A stretch of DNA of 64,000 bases from Botryllus schlosseri (GCA_051294905.1 CM119372.1:8744001-8808000); one strand, 5' to 3'; shown: positions 1 to 12,648, counted from the stretch's first letter. A program made the numbers and translations. Notes: a model not told the origin generated them from the letters alone.

Positions 1-115
1 GATCTCAAAGACTACTCTAAGTCGTTTTGGTACCCTCCTTTCTTTTCATTGTATCGCAGTTTTGTCGTATTTTGAAATGATAAAAATATTTATATACTGA
101 TACCGATACTGATAC
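1..115 (+). mobile_element. 3' tail of a CR1/L2-type LINE (or a SINE sharing it), truncated by the window edge
   Basis: Closely matches 5519-5625 and resembles 12530-12648 (cttttcattgtatcgca...); ends in short (actgat)-like repeats. Confidence 0.65.
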
Positions 116-216
116 TCACGCCAGCGTCTCCAAGTTCAGTTGCTTCGCCGCACTGGCCAACGAAGTGCCAATCTCCACGTCGAAGCTTGGAAATATTAAC
201 CTGATTTCCTTTCGGA
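114..216 (-). pseudogene. ~100-bp 28S rRNA-derived fragment
   Basis: The reverse complement (tccgaaaggaaatcaggttaatatttccaag...ggagattggc...ccagtgcggcgaagcaactgaacttggagacgctggcg) resembles, from memory, a conserved central LSU segment (gaaagggaatcgggttaatattcccgaac...gtgcggtaacgcaaccgaactcggagacgccggcg). No flanking rDNA is present. Confidence 0.55.
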
Positions 217-1198
217 CTTCGCGGGGGCGAGAGCTTGCAACTCCCCCCGGTACGAGCTGCGAAGTAGGTAATCTCGACGCCGCCAACTTTCTGCAAAATA
301 TTTTGTTTTCTCGCGCGATCCGGTCAAATGTGTCAAATGTGTCGAGTGACAACGGCTGCGTTATCGAACGGCCACCAACGCCGCATCTCGAGTACTTCTG
401 CTGAGCGGGTCTCCAGTGACTCCAGCGATTAGACGAATTGACGAGCGGCTGCAGCAAGTCAAGTTGGTGGACACGGGCTTCGAGGCTTGTGACGTCACAC
501 GCGCGACACCCGAAACGGTTCCCGACCGGTTCCCGACCGGTTCCCGACTGACCAACCTTCAACTGCTATTCACATGGAACTCTTGTCCACTTGGATCTTC
601 AAAGCTCTCAGTTGAATGTAATTGCTACTGCCACCAAGGGCGACTCATCAGGTAGGCCGACTTCGGGTGACCTGGTACCCGCGGGCACCGCGTTGGTGAC
701 CCCTGCTCTAGTAATTTTTTTCTGTATTACTCTCACTTATACTTGAACAGTTTTTTAGACAAAATTACTTACTTACTACTTTTTACAATTTGGATTTTGA
801 AAAGTAGAAAGATAGTTTTAGGATAAGTTTGCATCACCTGTATGGATAAAATTGTCAGAAAAACCGTGCGAAATACCTGTATCACGGTAACGGAATGTAT
901 TTTTCTCTCTATTTGCATAGAGTCATAATTAGTCAATTTCTGATCGACTCGAAGATGCCTATTGCAGATTCGAAAGTATAGAACACTTCTGACTCACTAA
1001 TAAATTATGCGTCGTCTCGACTTGAGTCCCATAATTTGCATTTTGCACTTCCACTTGAAGTAGTTTTGACACGTCTTGTTCTACTTCTACTTGAGTAGCG
1101 AAGGTTACTACTTTGGCCACATCTGTACGAATAGGCTATTTAACATATACCTCATGATTTCTTTCAGAGAACGCGAGGGGCTTCTGTTTGTAGACGTG

Positions 1199-1478
1199 TT
1201 TTTGTTTTGTTTTGAGGTATTCATGGGGTTTGTCGACTACTATGGTCATTTACACCAGGTCTATATTATTCATTTTTATTCCGTAACTGCCGCTTTGTAG
1301 CACGGCCCACATCTAGGCTTTTTGTAAGACACCGCTTACGCGGATGACGTGGCGAGGAGGAGGCTAAATAAACATCCAGCACTTAGGTATAGGAATTCTG
1401 AAGTCGACCTCGGTCGGACTCGAATCCGCAACTCATTGGTGTTGCAGCCGCGGATTATATCACTGCGCTATCTCGCCA
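1199..1478 (-). mobile_element. tRNA-derived SINE with 12-bp TSD
   Basis: Minus-strand head has A-box-like tagcgcagtg and B-box-like ggattcgagtcc, followed by an (AAAAC)n tail. Direct repeat tttgtagacgtg at 1187-1198 and 1479-1490. The same 3' end recurs at ~56915-57000. Confidence 0.8.
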
Positions 1479-2038
1479 TTTGTAGACGTGGTAATAGTTA
1501 GTCTGATAATACTTACGTGAGTTCAGTTGATCCATTTGTCAGGGCAAAGTATGATAAGATTGCGATAAAATGAAAAGATGTAGGAAAGAACTGAAGCGAC
1601 TTGTAGTAGTTTTTCAGTCAGACAGAATTGGTTAAAGTAGTCAAGAAAGCTACTCAAGTAGAAGTAGAAATAGCGACGAAAAAATCTACTCAAGTACGAG
1701 TAGAAGTACTTCTTCCATAAGCAACCTGAAACTACTTGAAGTAGAAGTAGAATTGACTGACTTTAAATATACTCAAGTAAGTAAGTAGTTGTGAAAACGA
1801 TCGTAATTCGTTCGTACAGATTGTCAAAAGGTGCAAATTGAGCTATAAGCTATGCGAAATATGGCGAGCTTGATTCATATTTATGCCAATTTTCGACAGC
1901 ATAAGCATTCGTCCGCATCATGAGATGACAATGATAGTATTGATATGGAAATGCGATAATAATCCTCTGTTTACTCGAACAGCACGTTTTAGAAAATATT
2001 ATGGTATGGCATCCTCCCCCATCTTTTACGGCCCGTAG

Positions 2039-2885
2039 CAGGGTTGTAACCAAGTCACAAGGCTCCGAGTCACAAGTCAATTTCACTTTTATAGTTTTGA
2101 CTCGAGTCAAGTCGAGTCATTTTCAACTCACCACCGAGTCAAGTCCGAGTCGAAGTCATCGATCAGAGTGTCGAGTCTGAGTAATGGTATTATGACTCGA
2201 GTCCGAGTCAAAGTCAATGTGTTGACTGCTCAGTTTCCAGCTAAAATCTTGTTAAACTCACTTTTTATAACTCTGTTTGGTCATAGTGAATGGTTCGCAT
2301 TGATAATATAGTAAGTAATTTTCCTCACTTTTAGCAGTTTCTGATCGCATTTCCAAGTACTAGTACCAATAGACGAAATCCCAATAGGGTGGTTACTTTA
2401 CTATTCTTCGAAATTACGATAAAATATCGGTCTTGTCCGTCTGTGTCTCGAGTCATATGACTTGGTTCGAGTCATGTGCATCATCATCATCGTCATTGGT
2501 TTATTATCAATTTTATCAGTTCAATACACCACAAAAAATGCGATACAATGAAAAGACAGGAAGATGTCGAAGCGACAAGGAGTAGTCTATGGAATCTGAC
2601 ACCCACCTTGGCCTAAGCGATGTAAAGAGGAGGCATGCACACTGAATGAAAGTGAAGAAGATAGCATAGAAAAAGAATGCGACAAGAAATAGGGCGGCAT
2701 GTCATGGGAAGCGAGATCGATTGGTCAGTCGTGGTCCGGTAATCTTGAGGATGGACTGTATAACTCGAGTCTAAGTCGAGTCAATACAGAGATTGACTCG
2801 AGTCGAGTCATTTCCGTATTTTGAGAAAATTACTCGAGTCAAGTCGAGTCGTCAGAGAACCGTGACTCGAATCATTACAACCCTG
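2039..2885. mobile_element. hAT-type MITE rich in GACTCGAGTC palindromes, carrying a LINE 3'-end insertion
   Basis: TIRs cagggttgtaa/ttacaaccctg; 8-bp TSD gcccgtag/acccgtag. Other copies at ~31898-32272, 32732-32915, 36237-38792, ~50590-50910 and ~56780-57081. Confidence 0.8.
2479..2761 (-). mobile_element. 5'-truncated LINE 3' end with (ATG)n tail
   Basis: Its reverse complement closely matches ~12365-12648, including aataaaccaatgacgatgatgatg. Confidence 0.85.
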
Positions 2886-2944
2886 ACCCGTAGTTTAGTC
2901 GAAGTACGGAAATATGGATATGTTGTATAGGATATGGTCTAAAC

Positions 2945-4295
2945 CAGTGGTTCTCAACCTTTTTTGACTCGCGCCCCCCTTAGAGATGGTCAAAAAAATC
3001 GCGCCCCCCTGACCCCCCTTGCATTTATCGTCATGTCAAAAAGAGCACATCATCTAATACAGAGGGGGGCAACGTTTTTGATAATCATGGCCGCATTTCG
3101 ATTACTTATGTACGGGGTAGCGTAAGGCCGCATTCCAGGGCATAGCCGCAATGAACGATCTGGACACAAAATTCCTATGGTAAACTGTCCATATCCATTC
3201 CCGGTGAACTCCGGACTTTTCTACTTTTCACAATGGCCTATTGTACGCAACGAAATCGCGAGTGGCAATGTTATGAATAGTTGCCGGGAGGTGCATATTG
3301 TCGCGCGGAGCGCGAAAATTTTTCAGGGCTGCGAACGAATTGTTATTTCTTGCCAATTCCCATTCCGGCTCAGATTAAGACGGGCGCTACTGCATTAAAA
3401 TCAAAAAATGAAGTCTTGTTGAATTGCGCGGAGGGCAAAGAAAATTTCAAGATTAATTAAAATCTCTCGAAAATGCGGGAGTGAATTCGTAATTGCAATT
3501 TGCATGTCTACGGCCGCCAACATATAGCCTACTAATTGAATTAGGCGTCGAACGCCGCTCAAATTCCCTTCTACGGCCGCAGGCAGCCCACCCCTAATCT
3601 AATAGTATACATAAGGTATATCTTACGCCAATTTTGAATCGGCATTCCAGTTGTTGAGTCTTTTACATGACAAATTTCTCCAAACTTGTTTGAAAATAAC
3701 AAAAAACATTGAACAAGACATCCATTAATTAATTTCAAGGTAGGTCACCCTGAGACTAATCCTGATGCTGGTCATGAGTACAGAGCGCAAGGCGTCGTTC
3801 TGTCCTGCCAGGCTAAATTTGATCAGTTTTGGAAATTAATTAAATTGTGTTGATTTATAGCCTAATTGAGGGCGAAACCGGGCAACCTATGTTGCATCTA
3901 ATTCTGTCTTAGGAAGTGCAGTTCGCAAGCTACTAACAAGAGCTGCCCAGCGCGCCAAGCTTTAGGTTACTGTCAAAGCTATCAAGCAATGAATGACTTA
4001 CACGTGGGAATTTCTCTCTATATATCCAAAGAATTTCAAAAATTTGCTCAAATCAAGTTGAAATCAGACTATACTCCGTTGAGCGCGGTTGCTAGAGTTT
4101 GTATTTTGCAAGCTTTCTTGAATATGTAATAAATTTCATCTTCATTAATCGTCTTCTCATAATGGATGTGAAACACATGTTCGGACACGTACAATTTATA
4201 CTGACTTTGTCAATTTCTCGCGCCCCCCCCCCTGAGAGCCTTCCGCGCCCCCCCCCCCCCCAAGGGGGGCGCGCCCCCCAGGTTGAGAACCCCTG
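2945..4295. mobile_element. non-autonomous hAT (Charlie/Buster-like) element
   Basis: TIRs cagtggttctcaacc/ggttgagaacccctg; perfect 8-bp TSD gtctaaac at 2937-2944 and 4296-4303. Confidence 0.85.
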
Positions 4296-4929
4296 GTCTA
4301 AACACTTTGCGCGATTAGTAAACGATGATAAAAAATATGGTGGATCGTCAAAATGCCATATTGTGTAGCTCTATTTCCGGAAATTAAAGGCATTACTAGA
4401 CTTGCTTTTATACTTCAACATGTATGGTTATCCAGACAAAAGAACTGATATTAATTAGAACTCAAACTATATGATATTGGGAATTGAAAGTGAAATATAA
4501 ATGCTACTTCTAAAAGCGGAAAATGTATATCATGTCTTTAGTCCAGAAATTTTCAAAGGTAGTATGCTAAAACAGCTCTAAAACGAAAAAAAGGCAGACT
4601 CCGCCATGGACTGCTAGATTACGGTATGATAAGTAGATGCTAGATTGCGAAACATTAATTTCAAACGTTATGATGAGTCATATATATCCTACTGTGATGA
4701 AATATTTCATATGGGCGAAGGACGACAATGCGGTGTGAACGGAACCACGCCAACCCGCTACCTTCATTATATTCACCGCACTTTCATGAAATAATACTGG
4801 TTACTCCGTATCCACTGTGCGCCAAGCGCGACGAAAATTCTGGGTTTTACTCAACTTTTATGAAAATTAAATGTTGATACTCCGTGAAGACAGCCCGGAA
4901 ATTCCTCAGGTTATCTTCCTGATTGGATG

Positions 4930-5218
4930 ATTAAACTACTTCTACCTGACATACTGAAAATAGCGAAAAGTAAGTAAGTAGATCACAAAATATTACGAAG
5001 TAGAAGTACAAGTAGAGAAAATCAGATCTACTTGAGTAAGTAGCAGAATTAGAGGAAAACTACTTGAGTACTTCCAAAAAGTAGAAGTACTTCGTTACTG
5101 ACTACCTCTGATCAATAGACCTCTGATCAATAGAAAAGTAAGTAAGCAAATCACAAAATATTACGAGGTAGAAGTAGAAGTAGCGAAAGTCAGATATACT
5201 TGAGTAAGTACCTCTGCA
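4930..5218. repeat. AAGTAG/TACTT-rich dispersed repeat (probable MITE remnants)
   Basis: Reiterated aagtagaagta/tacttgagta motifs ending in tacctctg; similar patches at ~1040-1130, 1630-1790, 23185-23300 and 30270-30410. Confidence 0.55.
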
Positions 5219-5374
5219 GTCAGATACCCACCTTTGGCCCAAAACAGAGGTTTTGATTTACTAGTCGCACTAGGCTGGGCTATGGTAGCACAATAAAGCA
5301 ATAAAAAACCCTTCCCCGTATCGACAGTCACACACGTGGATTCGGCCATTCGGGATGTGTGTATTAGGCCCCAA

Positions 5375-5725
5375 GACGATAAATCTACGACCTAACATCG
5401 ATCTCGCTTTCCGCCACATGCCACATCATTTTGTCGCTCGCCTTTTATATCCACTGTTTTACTTTTCATTCAGTGTACGTGCCTCTTCCCTACTCCACCT
5501 AGGCCAAGGTGGATGTCCGATCTCAAAGACTACTCCAATTCGTTTCGACACCCTCCTATCTTTTCATTGTATCGCAGTTTTGTGGTGTTTTGAAATGATG
5601 AAAATATAAATAAACTAAACTGATACATCGCCTAGGCCCAAGTGGGTGTCTGATCTCAAAAACTACTCCAAATCGTTTCGGCATCTTCCTATATTTCATT
5701 GTATCGCAGACTTGTGATGTTTTGA
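5375..5725 (+). mobile_element. two tandem LINE/SINE 3' tails
   Basis: cctaggcc..ag.tgg.tgtc.gatctcaaa.actactcca...tcattgtatcgcag occurs twice (~5498 and ~5631) and is related to 1-115 and 12400-12648. Confidence 0.7.
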
Positions 5726-5984
5726 CGTAAGGGAAGGAAAGGACGTAGTTTATTTTTGTCCTTGATGTTTTTGCGGCATATACACCAACTCATGCTATAC
5801 ATACACACGATCTGCGCATATGCATATCATGAGTGCATGATGTGCATATACCGCAGGACAAGGAAGGTGCAGATATAGCGTTTTACGGCTTTCTTGCACC
5901 ACCCCTCCATGTTATCCAAGTAATGCATGAGCGCCAAGCACGGAAGTCATGGATACCAGTGTTACCAATCAGGTATTTGGTCTG

Positions 5985-6085
5985 ACTATCGAATGTGTCC
6001 ATAGTCACATTCGATTGTCTGACCCGGCCGGGGACCGAACCCAAGACCTGCCGACCAAGATGCCGGACGCTTTACCATTACGCTA
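5985..6085 (-). mobile_element. tRNA-derived SINE head fragment
   Basis: Reverse complement tagcgtaatggtaaagcgtccggc...gggttcggtccccggccgggtca matches the head of the SINE at 60640. Confidence 0.6.
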
Positions 6086-6344
6086 TTAAATTTCATTAAT
6101 AAACTTGAATTTGATCTTGAGCCTGGATCATGGCCATTTGTAAACGCTATGCCCGGACCAAGATACTTTTTTTCGTATAAGTTGTAATTTTTCACGCATG
6201 ATCAGCAAAGCGTGTTACGAAAAAATTTGTATCTCGATCGAAGTAAAGCACAGCACGCGTGCTTTCGACGTGATTCAGCTGATAAGAAATTCTTCAGCAA
6301 TACTGAATCGTTTTGTAAAGGTTGTGTATTGTGCGATAGCAAGC

Positions 6345-7298
6345 ATGGATGCAGAAGAACTAGATCCAAGCAGTGATAGCGAAATTGAAGAGGAACTGCA
6401 TAATCCTCGAATGGCAGACGATGAATCTGATGATTCAGACATTGAACTTCGAGCAGCGTTTCAATCCGGACTTTTGAAGAGTGGAATATACAAAGAAGAA
6501 AAAGCCCCCCGGCCGGCTATAAACAACGTAGAAGGAATGCTGGAAAAGCTGGAAGAGCTGGAGTCATCAAAGCTTGAGTGGCTGGAGAGGTTAGACGTTA
6601 CCGTGGTAAGAAAGTCTCGTAAAGATGATGAGTTCTCACAAAATCTTGCTGCTGAAGAAGCGCAGGCTATGGCTCGAAGCCGATTATTTACTGTCCACAA
6701 TGATTTTAAACGAGAATTCATGTTTCTAACACAAGCCAAAGACGCCGTTCTTGAAGCGATTCCGAAACTGAAGGAAGCTGGAATTTTAACCGTACGGCCA
6801 GATGACTACTTCGCAGAAATGGCGAAAAAAGATGATCACATGAAAAAGCTACGGGAAAAGTTGCTAGTGTTGAAACGGCAGAAGGAGAAAACCGAAAAAT
6901 TCAGAAGTCAGATGAAACTGAAAAAATACGGTAAAAAGGTTCAACAAGCTGTAGAAGCAGAACGAAGGAAAAAGAAGAAGGAAATGCTTGACAATGTCAA
7001 GAAATTTCGAAAAGGAAAAAAAGACAGTATGGACTTCCTCGATGACGATAAGAAAGGAAAACGCGGGGGTAAACAATCACAAATGCAGCAAGGGCTACAG
7101 AGACGGACAAAGTCACGATCGTTTCGGGATGAGAAATTTGGATACGGCGGCAGGAAAAAAGGAAACAAAACAAACACCACTAATAGCACTAATGACACTA
7201 CTGGTTTTCGGCGCGCTAAGCCCCAGTTGGGCAGAAATGGTAACAAAAGACCCGGTAAGGGAAGGCGTCAAAAAATGAAAAACAGTAATAAACGGTAA
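6345..7298 (+). CDS. EBNA1BP2: rRNA-processing protein EBP2 (EBNA1-binding protein 2), single exon, 317 aa
   Basis: Acidic N-terminus, WLERLDVT, NDFKREFMF, RPDDYFAEMAKKDDHM, LKKYGKKVQ, KFGYGGRKKG and C-terminal KRPGKGRR are Ebp2-family motifs. The ATG at 6345 is preferred over 6198. Confidence 0.95.
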   Translation: MDAEELDPSSDSEIEEELHNPRMADDESDDSDIELRAAFQSGLLKSGIYKEEKAPRPAINNVEGMLEKLEELESSKLEWLERLDVTVVRKSRKDDEFSQNLAAEEAQAMARSRLFTVHNDFKREFMFLTQAKDAVLEAIPKLKEAGILTVRPDDYFAEMAKKDDHMKKLREKLLVLKRQKEKTEKFRSQMKLKKYGKKVQQAVEAERRKKKKEMLDNVKKFRKGKKDSMDFLDDDKKGKRGGKQSQMQQGLQRRTKSRSFRDEKFGYGGRKKGNKTNTTNSTNDTTGFRRAKPQLGRNGNKRPGKGRRQKMKNSNKR

Positions 7299-7653
7299 TA
7301 AAACTCTGATGTCACGCTGCTATCTATATCCTATGTTAGAGCTTGCTGTGAGCGATGGTTAGCGCGACGCCTCGGTGTGAAGTGGAATTTTCACAGAAAA
7401 ATCATCAAAAAGCGTATGTTATTCTAACTTCCAAATTTGAGGAACATACATAAAATTTTGAAACAGGCTTAAATTGATGTTACCCTGTTATTACAAAAAT
7501 GTTACAATTCAATATTGCTGTGCCAACAGTTCTCAACTGTACGCTTACCAATAATGTTTTGGGTTGTGCGTTATCTTGAGGTAAATATGTCACAAAATGG
7601 GTTGTGATTGTATTCGACATCATTTTTCTGTCACGGCCGTGATTGCAATGCGT

Positions 7654-8125
7654 AGGGTTAGGCAATGTGATTCGAGTACTCGAATCTGAATCGAGTATTA
7701 ATTCTAATGATTTGAATCAAGCAGTGGAAGAGGATTTTTTTCGAGTACTGAAATTGGACGGTCGTTGGCAGTTGGCACTAAAAGGTTGTTTATTCACGAG
7801 AATTCTATTTTTGGTGCTATTTCCACTGTGGTTTGGTATCGCAACATGAGAAAATGCAGTAAAAAGCTACGCACGTTTTTGGAAATGACACATGTCTGTC
7901 AAGTCGTGATTATCCCACAGCGTTGTCACTAAGTTCAATGGAATGGGTATGGTCGACAAAATACCAAATTATCTAAAATGTGATGTAGAACTGGCATCTT
8001 ATTCGTTGTGGTCGCATAAAACGTACATATTCAAACTTTCCACATTATTCATAATGTTTTGGCGTCATATGGAGTGATAACATATTCGAAGCATTATACT
8101 CGATTCAGAATCAAATCACCCAGCC
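7654..8125. mobile_element. GATTC/GAATC-rich hAT-type MITE (TAGGGCTGGGC family), degenerate
   Basis: Similar to 58250-58764 (gattcgagtactcgaatctgaatcgag...). An internal fragment of the family also lies at ~29420-29760. Confidence 0.65.
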
Positions 8126-8184
8126 CGACCAATGAGTCGACAATGGATGCCATTGGTTAATTTACACCTGTTACATAGTTAGAT

Positions 8185-8357
8185 CAATGTTCCCTCTAAT
8201 TTTCACGAGTCTGCGCGCACTCACCAACTCACTACCCGGTCCCTTGGATAACAGGTCATCACTTCAGCTTTTTTGTGCGCGGCACAGATTTTTCTGTGCG
8301 CAGCGACATTGTCAGCAGTGCGCCGCCGCGCACACTCGTAGCTTGAAGGCAACATTG
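8185..8357. mobile_element. short MITE
   Basis: Imperfect TIRs caatgttccctctaa / ttgaaggcaacattg around a GCGC-rich core. Confidence 0.55.
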
Positions 8358-8670
8358 GTTGGAATGCGACTATTCTTTTGCTGAATGCTGCATTCGATAT
8401 TGTTATGACAGCAGTGTAATATCAAAAATATTTATTATGAATGTTTTGCTTATGTGAATCATTAATTTTTGATATTTGCCATTTCCGTGAGTTGATTGGT
8501 GACGTAGTCTCTACAAATTCATGTGGCTGTGATCAATGCTGCTTTGCGCGAATGTTTTCACTCGAGTGACACTGCCGAATAATGGTGATTGATTTGTGAT
8601 TACTTTCAGCATTCGAGTTCTGTAATTCTAATTCAGAACCAGAGAAACGGAAATTTATAAAAAGCCAATT

Positions 8671-10648
8671 ATGGCCGATGCACATTGTGAAAACGATCTG
8701 GGTGTAGCAAATTCTTTGAACGTTGAAATCAAGCAGGTTCCAGAGCCTGAAGAGTCGCCGAAAAAGAAGCGTCACGTCATCAAAGCTAAGAATGTCAAGG
8801 GAGTGACAAATAGTGAAAAACCGAGGAACAGCCCGTTCGCCAAAAGCTTGAACTTCATTGGTAGACTCTCAAAAAGAGGGCCGTCTAAACCAAAAAGGCA
8901 ATTGACACTGGATGAAAGCTTTGAGAACTCCACTACAAGACTGAACGAAAATAATGGTGACAATGAGACAAATGGGGAGATTGTAAAATCACCGCCGCTG
9001 ACAACACGCCTGTCAGAAGAAAGTTCTAATGCAAATTCGAATCCAGAAAATGTGGAAAGACGTACTGATCGCACAGTGGCAAAGGATACCACAAAGTCGA
9101 AGAAAAAGGCCAAAAAGAAGGGGCCTTCGAAGTCACAGTAAGAATATTTTCTAACTTAAACCTGCATCTTCGACTTCTCTAGTAATAATTGACTACCCAT
9201 TCAGGACTTCAAAAGCCGTAAAGAGCCATGTTCTCACAGATTACTACCCAGTTCGTAGAAGTACCAGAAAAAGTAAATCTGTTTTGGAGGTATGTTCATG
9301 GTATTAAATTTCTTTTCCTGTGCCAACTTGGAATTTGTTTCTAGCAAGAACAGACTGATTCCGTCATCGCAGCCATCAAGAGCAAAGCGGAAGATGACCT
9401 CGCTGTTCGTGAATTTGAGAACAAGGGCAGGGGTGTGGTGGCGCTCAGGTGTTATGATAAATTTATGATTGATATTAGACAACGCTTGATGAATCGTTTG
9501 TCAAATGTTCACAATCACTGTGGATTGTTATGCAGAAGACGTTCCATGAAGATTGAACTGTTCGTATCCCCTAATTTCGCTGCATTTCTCATCCAATACG
9601 TTATAATTGTGGTACCTTCCTTGTTCCAGTTAGGATTTACCTTTAACTTTGGTGGTATGAGGGTGGAGGTCTATAATTTGGTAATGACCAATATAGCCTA
9701 CTTGATAATCTGGCTCCTTACATCATGCATATTTCGTGAAAGTTCAACTAAATGTATATGGTTGGGAAGGTGGAGGCCTGCTTTTTGATATCGACTTATG
9801 GGCCGACTGCCACTGATTTTAATTATAAGCCCCACGTTCTCTAACCCAGGAATTACTTTACCTATTCTATTTGAAATATGATATCAACAACCGGGAGACG
9901 TTTGTGCCTCGTACCAAAAGAATGCGTCGAGTAATTGCTCCCCGGTTATCTATACATCAGCCCTATATTAAAATATTATTGAAAGTTTCACCCTGCGCTC
10001 CCATGTTTCATTTTATAAATGTCATTTGCAAGCTGATCTAGTCGACTAGCTGTGTTACATTGTTCTGATGAATCCATGGCTGTTTATGTACCTCATTGTC
10101 ATGATCGATTACCATTCCTTTTCTGTTGTATCCATGCACCCACCTAAACTATGCCCATGACATTCGCTCCTAATCTTAACGATGAAGTCTATATCTTTCA
10201 GAGCATTCAAGAAGGGATCTTTCATCGTCGAGTATGCAGGGGATTTGATCGATTGGAATGAAGCTAAGAAGCGGGAAGTCAAATATTCCAGTGATCCTTC
10301 TATCGGCTGCTACATGTACTACTTTGTTTTTGAGAACACTAATTTCTGGTAGTGTGAAATCATTTAGACAGTAAATTACCCATATCGTTTATTCTTTCTC
10401 TGATTCAATTTAGTGTGGATGCTACAGAAGAGTCCGGGAGGCTTGGTCGATTACTGAATCATAGCCGAAAAGGTCCTAACTGCAAAACAAAGTTGATATC
10501 GATGCCAGAAGATGACGAAAAGAGAGCTGGTCCGCGACTTATTATCATTGCTAAGAGGGATATTGGTGCTGGGGAAGAACTCACCTATGATTACGGTGAT
10601 AGGGATAAAGAGACTCTGCAGTCTCACCCCTGGTTGAAGTTGGCGTGA
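8671..10648 (+). CDS. KMT5A: Histone H4K20 monomethyltransferase SETD8/PR-Set7, 5 exons, ~345 aa
   Basis: Exons 8671-9137, 9205-9289, 9345-9448, 10202-10348, 10414-10648; all introns GT-AG and phase-compatible (1038 nt). Contains the PIP-degron LTDYYPVRRSTRK, KGRGVVA, FIVEYAGDLI, GCYMYYF, RLGRLLNHS, EELTYDYGDR and HPWL. Confidence 0.95.
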
Positions 10649-11949
10649 TATTGTTTTTGCTGCAGTCTTATTTTTTGCACAGTTTTTTATTTATTGCCAT
10701 CTTGTTATGTTGAATTTCAATCATAGAAATTATACTGTTTTTAGTTGTTTTTGCAGAGTCAGTCCAAGTCTTACAGAGCGAATTGTAGCACTTATGCGTT
10801 TATGCTGGGCAAGGATATGGTATGACATTTAACCATAATTGTTTCCGTAATATCGATGTCATACGTTCATTTATAGGAAATGTATAGTTGCAAGAAGTGT
10901 GGCAGTAAGTTCAGAATTTTGGTGGCACAGGCCGTATAGTTGTTCAGGACCGTGCCGTCGTTGGGTTCCAACTATTTGTTTCGTCGACGCATGCTCTTAT
11001 GTGATGCTGCTTAATGTGCTGACGAGTGCCAAAACGTCTGAAGTAGTATTCAATTGATGCAGTGTTTCATAACATGCAGGAAAGCACGCTATCATGTCTG
11101 TAGGCTATTATTCATGGGATATATCAATCTATAGTGGATGGAGTTTGATGAGACCAGGACATCTGGAGGTCCATGGGTGGTCTACTCAGTGGGGCCGATT
11201 CTGAGGATCAAAATGCAAATCTCCATCAATAAGCAGCTCATAGTATTAGCGACGATTAATTGTAACCTCTATTCACGGAAATATACCTGTAGCTGTAACA
11301 AGTTACTCTCGTGTCTCGGTTATCAAGTTTCGGAATCATAATCCGCCCTGCCTTATCTAGCGCTAGCTATAAGCATTTGAAGTTTGATATCTACAATTCC
11401 TATTTCCAATCGAATTTCAATATGGCATTCTCTTACGGCGTGCCGTAAGGGTTAGCGCACTTGGGCAACTGCAAAAACTACGTCAGGGTATGGTTCTCCG
11501 TATCATTGCTAAGTCGCGAAGGAGCCTGGTTGTGCGACCAACAAGTAAATATATTTAATAAGTTTCGATATTCTGCACATGAAAGATATGAGGAAACTTG
11601 TAATTGCCAAGTTTATATATCAGTTCCATTACGGTCACTTCTACGGAAGATTCAATGCTGACTTTTTCACCCATAAATCATCATCTCGGCCTGGTTTCTG
11701 CAGTGGATAAGTGCTGCATGCCGCAATCCTACTCCTACCCATTTAACCGGGTTGTTTAAATAGCTCAGTGGTTGGGAATAGTACTGGTTTTGCTCATCAG
11801 CGGCTGGGTTCGTGATGGGAGGCGGCCATCGGTAATCGGACCCCGAGTCATCTGGTTTGCGAGTGCGACTGGTCTTGGTTGCAATTATCGGGCTATGGTA
11901 TGTGTTTTCTTGTATAACTTTTGATTCAGCTCACATGCCCTGCACTCAA

Positions 11950-12648
11950 CACACACAACTGCACTCAAGCCACTGCAGAAACTACAGCATAAAGTACTCT
12001 GAATCATAGCTAGGGCCCCAAAGGGGCCTGGCTGCCCAGTGCCCATCCAATAAGTCGCTGCTGAAGAGATTCGGCGTCCTAAACATAGAAGATATGCGGA
12101 AACTAGAAATTGCCAAGTTTATGTATCAGTTTCACTGCAGTCGTTGCCCCGAATATTTCAATGACTTCTTTACCTCTGAATCAAAAGCGCACAAGTACAA
12201 CAAACGCGCGTCCACGTCGTCCAAATATCATATGATCGACCGAAAAGGTCATCGCTCTATCAAATATGCCGGACCTGATGTGTGGAACAGTATCCCTCCG
12301 GCCATCCAACAGTCGACGAGCATGTCCACATTCAAGTCGAAATACAAGCAATTACTACTAAATAAATACAGTCCATCCTCAAGACTACCGGACCACGACT
12401 GACCTATCGATCCCGCTTCCCATGACATGCCGCCCTATTTCTTGTCGCTTTCTTTTTCTATACTATCTTCTTTACTTTCATTCAGTGTGCATGCCTCCTC
12501 TTTACATCGCCTAGGCCAAGGTGGGTGTCAGATTCCATAGACAACCTAGTCGCTTCGACATCTTCCTTTCTTTCATTGTATCGCATTTTTTGTGGTGTAT
12601 TGAACTGATAAAATTGCTAATAAACCAATGATGATGATGATGATGATG
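11950..12648 (+). mobile_element. 5'-truncated CR1/L2-clade LINE (ORF2 C-terminus and 3'UTR)
   Basis: The peptide LKPLQKLQHKVL*II...KFMYQF...RSIKYAGPDVWNSIP...FKSKYKQLLL is typical of CR1/L2 ORF2 ends; AATAAA followed by an (ATG)n tail. Confidence 0.85.

Noticed and set aside
2039..2885. Recurrent palindromic GACTCGAGTC units as a CRISPR-like array
   Set aside because: Spacing is irregular, there are no unique equal-length spacers, the units are bounded by TIRs and an 8-bp TSD, and copies are dispersed; these are MITE subterminal motifs.
6198..6344. 49-aa N-terminal extension of EBP2 in the ORF track
   Set aside because: It is not Ebp2-like; the acidic family-type N-terminus starts at the ATG at 6345.
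11015..11050. ctgacgag-containing hammerhead-like motif
   Set aside because: I could not build a proper stem II followed by GAAA, or a closing stem I.
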